Origin: a bacterium
GTDB lineage: Bacteria > Vulcanimicrobiota > Xenobia > Xenobiales > Xenobiaceae
Direction: 5' to 3'
DNA length: 64,000 nucleotides
Assembly: GCA_022839105.1 (NCBI GenBank)
Contig: JALHDH010000006.1
Coordinates: 9,726 to 73,725 of the forward strand
Position numbers and translations under genes: made by a program. The first letter of the stretch is position 1. Every line of letters begins with the position of its first letter. The notes beneath the pieces were generated by a model, which had not been told where the DNA came from, searched no databases, and was given only the letters and a program-made list of their open reading frames with translations. Positions 57,824 to 64,000 of this stretch are shown piece by piece.

Positions 57824-59590
57824 ATGGATTTGATCTCCCGCTGGACCCAGGCACTCGTTGCCCACCCCGATTTCCGGACCCCGGTCGAATTCTTCCTGGT
57901 CCGGGGCACCCTCCCGGTCTTCATCCTTCTGCTGATCCTGACCTTGCTCTTCTGGTTGCCGCGCCTGGCGGACTTTCGGCGGATCCTGGGGGAGATGCCT
58001 CGTTGGAGTGGCCTGGCCCTGGGAGGAATCTGTCTTTTTGGGGCCGGACTGCGGCTGGGATGGACCCCCCACGCGCCCCAGGTCTTCTTCGATGAGTTCA
58101 ACTTCCTGGAGCTCGGGCGCGGGATGGTCCAAGGGAGGGAGGCCCTGCTGCCCGGATGGTTCGGGGCCGGACCTGCGCTGGTCCCCATCCCGGCAGCCTG
58201 GTCCTTCTTCCTGGCATTGGTCTTCGCCCTCACCGGACCCAAGCTCGCTTCGGCCCTTGGCATGGCCTTGTTCTTCGCCATCCTGAGTCTGCCACTGGCC
58301 TTCCTGGTGGGCTGGCGTCTCTTCGGCCGCCCCCTGCCGGCCCTGTTCTTGACCCTCCTGCTGGCGGTGTTCCCGGTCCACCTTCGCATGTCCGGCAGCC
58401 TGGCCCTGGAGACCGGATCCTTGTTCTGGCTGCTGGCCACCTGGGCGGCCCTTCTGTGTCATCAGCAGGACCGGCGTCCGGTCTGGCTGTACTGCGCCGG
58501 AACCGCGGCGGCCTGGTGTGCCAACTGGCGCATGGAGAACCCCTTTGCGGTCCTCCCGCTCCTGCTGGCCTGCTTCCTGGTCCTGGATTCTCCGAGGTGG
58601 CGTCTGCTTCGCGAGAGGCATCTCTACCTGGTCGGGATCGGGGTCTTCCTCTTCTCCCTGCCGGGGCTCTTGAACTATATCCTGGGCACCGGGCAGGGGT
58701 TCTACCTCTTCTACGGCTCGGAGGCGATTCGGGCCGAGCAGGTGAGGATGAACCAGGTCAACAACCTGCTCTACTGGTTGGAGGGGCGGATCCACCCCCC
58801 GGAGATCACCGCCCTGGCCCTGCTCGGGGCCTTCACCTGGAGGCCCCGACGCAAGGCGCTGGCCTGGGGCTTGTGGCTGGTGGCGCTGCAGCTCTTCTAC
58901 TCCCGGATCCCCTCCGCCGATTTCGGCCTCCACCACACCCTGGATTCCTGGCGCAACGCCGTCCAGCCGGCCCTGGGACTCATGATCCTGGCGGCGGCAG
59001 GCCTGGACACCCTGCGCGAGAGTCTGGCCGGAAGAACCTCCAGGGGCTGGGTCGTCGCCGCGCTGGTCGCGGCCTTCCTCATCCCCTGCACCTGGCCGTT
59101 CCGCTTCGGTGGATTCGTGCATTCCCGGCATGTCTGGCAGGAAGAGTTCTACTTCATGCAGGAGGTGGCCGCGCGTCTGCCCGAAGGGGCGCAGGTCCTG
59201 GCCGACGGCCATGGCCAGCACCTGCGCAGCCTGGAACTCCACACGGCGGAATTGGGCTACGCCTCGGGTCGGGAATGGGAGCGTCTGGAAATCTCCCAGG
59301 AGGCCTTCGACATGCCCGGTTCGGGCCAGCCCCCGGCCTTCCTGGGCAGACTGGTCGACCCCGGAATGGCGGGCCGGCGCACCTTCCTGTACTACTTCGG
59401 GATGAAGGGGAGTGAATGGGACCACCAGAGGCGGACCTGGCTTCATGACCATCTGCAGATGCGGGTGGTGGCTGGTGTCTGCTTCCCGGGATCCTGGATC
59501 TCCTTGACGCTCTACGAGGTGGAGGGCCTCTCGGGACGGGCCATGGGGTGGCTCGGCGCTTCGCGGGGCCAGGGCACCGGGGAACCTTGA
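57824..59590 (+). CDS. GT-C fold membrane glycosyltransferase (ArnT/PMT-like)
   Basis: More than 10 TM segments. The first extracytoplasmic loop carries VFFDEFNFLELGRGM (DE motif). The gene starts 11 nt after the GT2 stop. Confidence 0.7.
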   Translation: MDLISRWTQALVAHPDFRTPVEFFLVRGTLPVFILLLILTLLFWLPRLADFRRILGEMPRWSGLALGGICLFGAGLRLGWTPHAPQVFFDEFNFLELGRGMVQGREALLPGWFGAGPALVPIPAAWSFFLALVFALTGPKLASALGMALFFAILSLPLAFLVGWRLFGRPLPALFLTLLLAVFPVHLRMSGSLALETGSLFWLLATWAALLCHQQDRRPVWLYCAGTAAAWCANWRMENPFAVLPLLLACFLVLDSPRWRLLRERHLYLVGIGVFLFSLPGLLNYILGTGQGFYLFYGSEAIRAEQVRMNQVNNLLYWLEGRIHPPEITALALLGAFTWRPRRKALAWGLWLVALQLFYSRIPSADFGLHHTLDSWRNAVQPALGLMILAAAGLDTLRESLAGRTSRGWVVAALVAAFLIPCTWPFRFGGFVHSRHVWQEEFYFMQEVAARLPEGAQVLADGHGQHLRSLELHTAELGYASGREWERLEISQEAFDMPGSGQPPAFLGRLVDPGMAGRRTFLYYFGMKGSEWDHQRRTWLHDHLQMRVVAGVCFPGSWISLTLYEVEGLSGRAMGWLGASRGQGTGEP

Positions 59591-59594
59591 GGAC

Positions 59595-60998
59595 ATGCGC
59601 CTCCTCCTGGTCTGGCCCGCCCATCCGCACATCATCTCGCCTCCCCATATGAAGGCGATCCAGGAGGGCCTGGGTCATCTGCCCCCCATCGGGCTGATCG
59701 GCCTGGCCACCTGGCTGCGGGAGCACTCCGAGCATCAGGCGGAGGTCCTGGACGCCCTGCTGGGGCGTATGACTCCCGAGCAGGTTGCCGAGCACGCGCT
59801 TTCCTCCGGGGCACAAGCCGTGGGTCTCTCGGCCATGACCCACACCTGGCTGGATTGCCTTCTGGTGGCCCGGGCCATCCGCAAGGCAGCTCCCGATCTG
59901 CGGATCATCCTGGGCGGCCCCCACGCGACCCTCTTCCCCCTGGAGACCCTGGAACATCCCGAAGTGGACTACGTCGTGGCGGGAGAGGGCGAAGTCCCCC
60001 TGGCCGCCCTGCTGGATCGCCTGGCCCTGGGCCGTGAGGATACCGAGGGGTTGCCCGGGGTCATGCGTCGGGGGGATCCCCCCCGCCCCCGATACCTCCA
60101 CCCCGACGTTTCCGAGTTGCCGATCCCCGATCGCCGTCTGACGCCGTGGAGGCGCTACGCCAGCGTGGTCAGCAGGCGCCCGCCCACGACCGTCATCATG
60201 TCCAGCCGGGGCTGCCCCTACCGCTGCACCTTCTGTTCCACCGCGGGAGGCAAGAAGTTCCGGGCCAATCCCGCCCCCCGTGTGGTGGAGGAGCTCGAAC
60301 ACTGCGTCAACCTGGGGATCCGGGAGTTCCTCTTCTTTGACGAGCTCTTCACCTTCGATCGCCAGCGGGTCCTGGAGATCTGTCGGCAGATCCGGGCTCG
60401 GGGACTGGACATCGCCTGGGATGTCCGCTCCCGGGTGGACCGGGTCGATCCCGAGATGCTGCAGGCCATGGCGCAGGCGGGTTGCCAACGCGTCCAGTAT
60501 GGGGTCGAGTCGGGGACCGAGCGGGTCCTGGCGCTCTTCGACAAGGACATCTCGCTGGAGCAGGCCCGCCAGGCCGTCCTGTGGACCCGTCAGGCGGGGA
60601 TCTCGACCTATGCCGACTTCATGATCGGCGCTCCTGGAGAGACCCGGGAGGAGGTCCTCGAGACCCTGAGGTTTGCGCACAGCCTGGACCTGGACTTTGT
60701 GCACTTCTCGATCACCATGTTGCTGCCCAGGACCCGGCTCTATGCCCAGGCCCTCAGGCAGGGCCTCCTGGAACGGGACGTCTGGAGGGATTATGTGCTG
60801 AATCCTTCGGAGGGCTTCCATCCGCCCTATTGGGAGGAGGTCCTCGATGCCCGGGAACTCGAGGCCCTGCTGCGCCAGGCCGTCCGCTCCTTCTACTTCT
60901 CGCCTCGCTTCCTCTGGCGCAGTCTGGCCAGCCTGCGTTCCCCGGGGGAATTGCTGCGCAAGGCGCGGGCAGGCCTGAAGCTGGCCCTGGGGCTCTAG
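59595..60998 (+). CDS. Class B (B12-binding domain) radical SAM enzyme
   Basis: LPPIGLIGLATW...AVGLSAMTHT...IILGGPHAT is B12-binding-like. The radical SAM motif is SRGCPYRCTFCS (CX3CX2C). The gene starts 4 nt after the previous stop. Confidence 0.85.
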   Translation: MRLLLVWPAHPHIISPPHMKAIQEGLGHLPPIGLIGLATWLREHSEHQAEVLDALLGRMTPEQVAEHALSSGAQAVGLSAMTHTWLDCLLVARAIRKAAPDLRIILGGPHATLFPLETLEHPEVDYVVAGEGEVPLAALLDRLALGREDTEGLPGVMRRGDPPRPRYLHPDVSELPIPDRRLTPWRRYASVVSRRPPTTVIMSSRGCPYRCTFCSTAGGKKFRANPAPRVVEELEHCVNLGIREFLFFDELFTFDRQRVLEICRQIRARGLDIAWDVRSRVDRVDPEMLQAMAQAGCQRVQYGVESGTERVLALFDKDISLEQARQAVLWTRQAGISTYADFMIGAPGETREEVLETLRFAHSLDLDFVHFSITMLLPRTRLYAQALRQGLLERDVWRDYVLNPSEGFHPPYWEEVLDARELEALLRQAVRSFYFSPRFLWRSLASLRSPGELLRKARAGLKLALGL

Positions 60999-61002
60999 AG
61001 CC

Positions 61003-62598
61003 TTGACGCGATTCCTGATCGAGGGCGGCTACCACGGCGTGCTGACCTGGCATCTGGCAGCCCTGGCCGGGCTCAGCGCCTGGGCCATCCTGGGCTGCAT
61101 CCGGGGACTGAACCGGGCGGGCCTGGCCATCCTCCTGGGCCTGCTCCTCCTGGGGACCCTGGCAGCCGGCGACCTCGGGGCTCGACCCGCGGTCTATTAT
61201 GACGAGTTCTTCTACGTGGCCATTGCCGAGAACATGGCCACCAGCGGAACGGCCGAACCCCTGCTCTACCAGGGTGTGCCGGCGCAAGTCCTGCCGCTGG
61301 GGCATTTCCAGCCGCCCTACCCCCAGGGCTGGCCCTATCTGCTCTCGTTGGCACTGGACCCCGTCGGGCCGCCTCAGCCCGGGAGGATCGAGGTGCCCGC
61401 CTGGGAGCGGGTTCTTCCGGTCAGCCGGGTCCTGTGGGCGGCCCTGGCGCCCTTGCTCTTCCTGGCCCTGGCGCCCCGCTTCTCGTTGTCGGTGGCGGCC
61501 GCTTCGGCGATGGTCCTGCCCATGCTGGCCTTCGTCTTGCGCCTGGCCGGATCCGCCGCCGCCGAGAACGGCTGGCTGGCCCTGGAGCGTTTCCGGCGCG
61601 AGCCGGGGTCGCTGCACCTGGGCTGGCTGGTCCTTTCGGTCTGTGCCCTGGCCGAGATGCGACCCGAGAATCTGCTCTACGTCCTCTTCTTCCTGGGAAT
61701 GGCGGTGCGAGGAATCGGGCAGGTCCGAGGAGTGGCCCGGGTCGTCTGGCTGGTGTTGGGGGGCGGTCTGCTCCTGCCGCCGGTCCTGGTCTTGATGGGC
61801 CATGACCCCAGCCTGGCCCACCACTTCGAGGTTGTCCCTCGTGGCGGTTTCACCCTCTGGGGGAACCGCCTGGCCAACCTCTTCAACAACGCGCTGTACT
61901 TCCTGGTCCATCGGATCTGGCCGGTCGGCTTGACCGTGCTCGCGCTGGTCGGTCTGTCGTGGTTGGCTTCCTCCTCGTCGCGTCGGGTCGCCCTGCTGGG
62001 CCTGGGTTGGATCGGGGGAAGCACCCTGCTCCTCTCCTGGCTTCCCTTCGGCGACTATGGCGCGGTGAACTCGCTGGACACCTGGAGATTTGGCCATCAT
62101 GTCGCCCTGCCCGGGGTGCTGGCTGCCGCGGCTGGAGCCGAGACCCTGGTCCGACGGGGAGGCACCGCCCGCGTGGTGGCCGGACTGCTCTTCTTGTGGG
62201 TGATTCTCGCCCCTTGGATGAATCGGGCCTTCATGACGGCCTCCCACCCCTTGCTCCGCCAGGATGGACTCGTCGAGACGCTGCGCTCGGAGCTGGGGGA
62301 CGGGATCGCGGTGGCTGAAGCCCCGGAGTACTTCTGCTATCTGCGCTATCGGCACGGGCTTCCCGCGACCCTGGCCCCCATCTCCGCCCTTCCGGAGGGT
62401 GGGGCGGTGCTCTTTTCGGTCGAGGAAGGGGTGGGATTGCCGGATCTCGAGTCGTGGAAGGCCTTCGACCTCGAGCCGTTGGCCCTGGATCAGGAACTCC
62501 GCCCTCCTGCAGCCCTGTTCCGCCTCCGCCCAGGCTCTGCGGGGGCCGAGGGGGGAAACGGTCGGCGGGTGGGGGAGGGTTCCGGATTCCCCGAATGA
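61003..62598 (+). CDS. GT-C-like polytopic membrane protein
   Basis: VYYDEFFYVAIAENM (DE motif) follows the first TMs, and there are >10 hydrophobic segments. TTG 61003 lies 4 nt after the previous stop. Confidence 0.6.
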   Translation: MTRFLIEGGYHGVLTWHLAALAGLSAWAILGCIRGLNRAGLAILLGLLLLGTLAAGDLGARPAVYYDEFFYVAIAENMATSGTAEPLLYQGVPAQVLPLGHFQPPYPQGWPYLLSLALDPVGPPQPGRIEVPAWERVLPVSRVLWAALAPLLFLALAPRFSLSVAAASAMVLPMLAFVLRLAGSAAAENGWLALERFRREPGSLHLGWLVLSVCALAEMRPENLLYVLFFLGMAVRGIGQVRGVARVVWLVLGGGLLLPPVLVLMGHDPSLAHHFEVVPRGGFTLWGNRLANLFNNALYFLVHRIWPVGLTVLALVGLSWLASSSSRRVALLGLGWIGGSTLLLSWLPFGDYGAVNSLDTWRFGHHVALPGVLAAAAGAETLVRRGGTARVVAGLLFLWVILAPWMNRAFMTASHPLLRQDGLVETLRSELGDGIAVAEAPEYFCYLRYRHGLPATLAPISALPEGGAVLFSVEEGVGLPDLESWKAFDLEPLALDQELRPPAALFRLRPGSAGAEGGNGRRVGEGSGFPE

Positions 62599-62611
62599 CG
62601 CCAGGGGTGGC

Positions 62612-62641
62612 TTGAAGCCTTCAGGCGCTGCTTGATATAAT
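62612..62641 (+). promoter_or_regulatory. Sigma70-type promoter: TTGAAG - 18 nt - TGaTATAAT
   Basis: The -35 is TTGAAG (62612-62617). The -10 is a perfect TATAAT (62636-62641) with the extended TG at 62633-62634. It lies ~65 nt upstream of ATG 62706. This is the best promoter match seen in the window. Confidence 0.5.
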
Positions 62642-62705
62642 CCCCCAGGTTCCGGCCGGCATTCGAGGGGACTCGCTTTCCGGGCCGGAGAGGACGGAGA
62701 CCCGC

Positions 62706-64000
62706 ATGGCCAAGCCCGCCATCCCTCCCCAGGTCCCTGAGCTTTGCCTTGGGGACGAAGTCCTGGTGGCTCGGACCGAGGGGATCCAGACCATCCGCCG
62801 TGGCCGCAGGATTCTGGCGATCGAGCCGGAGACGGCCTCCTGGACGGTCATGGACCCTGGCTCCTGGGAGGTCTTCACCCGCCTGGAAAGGCCTGTGCTC
62901 TTCTCGGTCCTGTGCGCCGGCCTCCCGGGGCTCGGTCGGGGGTTCGTGGCCTCGGTGGTGGAGCAGTTGCATCGGCTGGGCATGGTCGCCCTGAATGGCC
63001 GACCCTACCATGACCTCGGAACTCTCTGGCCCGACCGCGATCCTTCAGGCCCCAGGTTCCTGGCTCTCCATGTCACCCACGGGTGCAACTTCGCCTGTTC
63101 CTACTGCTACAACGCCTCGGGGGGCAATCCGCGGAAGGGCATGACGGCCGAGATGGGGCGTCGGATCCTCGAGAAGGCCTTCCAGGAGCTTCCCGCATCC
63201 CAACTCTCCTTTGATTTCCTGGGCGGCGAGCCCCTGCTGGCCTTCGAGACGATTCTGGAGATCATGGCCTTTGGCCGCGATCTGGAGCAGAAATATCAGA
63301 AATCCGCCTCCTTCCTGATGCAGACCAACGGGGCCCTTCTGACCCCCGACCGGGTCCGGTGCCTCCGCGAGTTCCGGGTGGGAGTCGGGGTGTCTTTGGA
63401 CGGCCCGGCCGAGATCCATGATCGCAACCGCTGCCTGCAGGGTGGAGGACCGACCCATCACCGGGTCGTGACCAACCTGATGAGGGCGCGGGAGCAGGGG
63501 CTGAGCGTCACGCCCCTGGGGGTCATCAGCGAGCCCGCGGACTTCCCCAGGGTCCTGGACTACCTGGTCGAAGAGCTGGGATTCGAGGTCCTGCGCCTCA
63601 ATCCATGCAGTTCCCTGGGTCGGGCCCGCGGCAGATTCGAGGCGGGGGGAGAGCGCGCCGAGTCCTTCCATCGGGGGTTCATGGAAATGGTGGACAAGGC
63701 CTGGCACCACTCTCGTCGGACAGGGCGCCCCCTGGCGGTCCTCAACCTGTCCGAGATGCTGGTCAACCTGATCTCCAAGCGCCGGGACCAGATGTGCATG
63801 CGCTCTCCGTGTGGACTCGGGGATGCCATCCTTTCCTTCTCGGGCGAGGGGCAGGTCTTCGCCTGCGAGGAGTATGAAGAGGCGACGAAGGGAACCTTCT
63901 ACCTGGGAGAACTCGAGGAACTGGAGCTGGGCGCCCTGGCCTCGGGTTCGACCCGGGTGCAGGCTTTGCGGCGCCGGCGGGTCGAGAACATCCCCCGCTG
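62706..64000 (+). CDS. Radical SAM/SPASM-type enzyme with N-terminal PqqD-like domain; 3' end outside the window
   Basis: The ORF is not in the track because it is open to the window end. N-terminus: RILAIEPETASWTVMDPGSWEVFTRLERP...VEQLHRLGMVAL (PqqD-like). Radical SAM motifs are HVTHGCNFACSYCYN (CX3CX2C), DFLGGEPLL and SLDGPAEIHD. Later, MCMRSPCGLG...VFACEE resembles the start of a SPASM domain. Confidence 0.8.
   Translation, partial: MAKPAIPPQVPELCLGDEVLVARTEGIQTIRRGRRILAIEPETASWTVMDPGSWEVFTRLERPVLFSVLCAGLPGLGRGFVASVVEQLHRLGMVALNGRPYHDLGTLWPDRDPSGPRFLALHVTHGCNFACSYCYNASGGNPRKGMTAEMGRRILEKAFQELPASQLSFDFLGGEPLLAFETILEIMAFGRDLEQKYQKSASFLMQTNGALLTPDRVRCLREFRVGVGVSLDGPAEIHDRNRCLQGGGPTHHRVVTNLMRAREQGLSVTPLGVISEPADFPRVLDYLVEELGFEVLRLNPCSSLGRARGRFEAGGERAESFHRGFMEMVDKAWHHSRRTGRPLAVLNLSEMLVNLISKRRDQMCMRSPCGLGDAILSFSGEGQVFACEEYEEATKGTFYLGELEELELGALASGSTRVQALRRRRVENIPR

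Noticed and set aside
1-64000. Mobile elements, prophage, defence systems, toxin-antitoxin pairs, tRNA/rRNA genes
   Set aside because: I looked for integrase, transposase and recombinase motifs, terminal inverted repeats, tRNA-like cloverleaf segments in the intergenic regions, and typical defence-gene signatures. None was recognised, and composition appears uniformly high-GC apart from short promoter-like AT-richer patches.

Overview
This is a high-G+C bacterial chromosomal segment from a diderm, since a secretin is present. It is densely coding, with many ATGA/GTGA start-stop overlaps. I found no rRNA, tRNA, CRISPR array, transposase, integrase or prophage signature. Most long ORFs in the six-frame track are Arg/Gly/Pro-rich antisense or off-frame artefacts typical of high-GC DNA.

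Layout:
- (1) 1-13.6 kb: a complete type IVa-pilus-like cluster. Order is pilB(partial)-pilT-[21-aa micro-ORF]-pilC | pilA with its own terminator | polytopic membrane/TPR protein-pilD-second pilin | pilM-N-O-P-[382-nt structured spacer]-pilQ.
- (2) 14-25.6 kb, same strand: two giant TPR proteins (1733 and 1473 aa). The first has an acidic Pro-rich core with in-frame tandem repeats. They are followed by a membrane-anchored protein carrying five [ED]P[WF]xxLL-type motifs and a 295-aa unknown.
- (3) 25.7-34.6 kb: a translationally coupled operon of roadblock/LC7, CheY-like receiver, GAF-PAS histidine kinase, TPR+roadblock fusion and O-antigen-ligase(Wzy_C)-TPR protein. It is flanked by opposite-strand orphan genes (beta-propeller-like, Gly-periodic repeat protein, C39-like cysteine peptidase).
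- (4) 34.7-40.5 kb: a P1B-type Zn/Cd/Pb ATPase, a divergent pair of radical SAM/SPASM enzymes (one with a PqqD-like domain, no visible precursor) and an isolated adenylate kinase.
- (5) 40.6-51.7 kb: a nine-gene, about 11-kb coupled operon. It encodes two paralogous bitopic proteins with Walker-A-less RecA/KaiC-like domains, an SGNH hydrolase, an anchored unknown, two paralogous large polytopic proteins flanking a secreted CBM48-GH13 enzyme, and a GT2.
- (6) 51.7-56.8 kb, minus strand: FecR-like, B12-radical SAM, GNAT-ICMT/PEMT fusion and flippase-like (LPG_synthase_TM) genes.
- (7) 57-64 kb: GT2, GT-C, B12-radical SAM, GT-C, then a strong sigma70-like promoter and a third RRE-radical SAM/SPASM gene that runs off the window.

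Best candidates for undescribed biology:
- (a) A pilus-linked polarity or scaffold module: giant TPR hubs plus an MglB/MglC/RomR-like or conservon-like roadblock two-component operon, with no GTPase in the window.
- (b) The nine-gene envelope-glycan-like operon with degenerate RecA-like membrane proteins.
- (c) The radical-SAM-rich (five enzymes) glycosyl/lipid-modification island.

All family calls rest on motif recognition by eye. No database search or structure prediction was run. Several start codons are uncertain.
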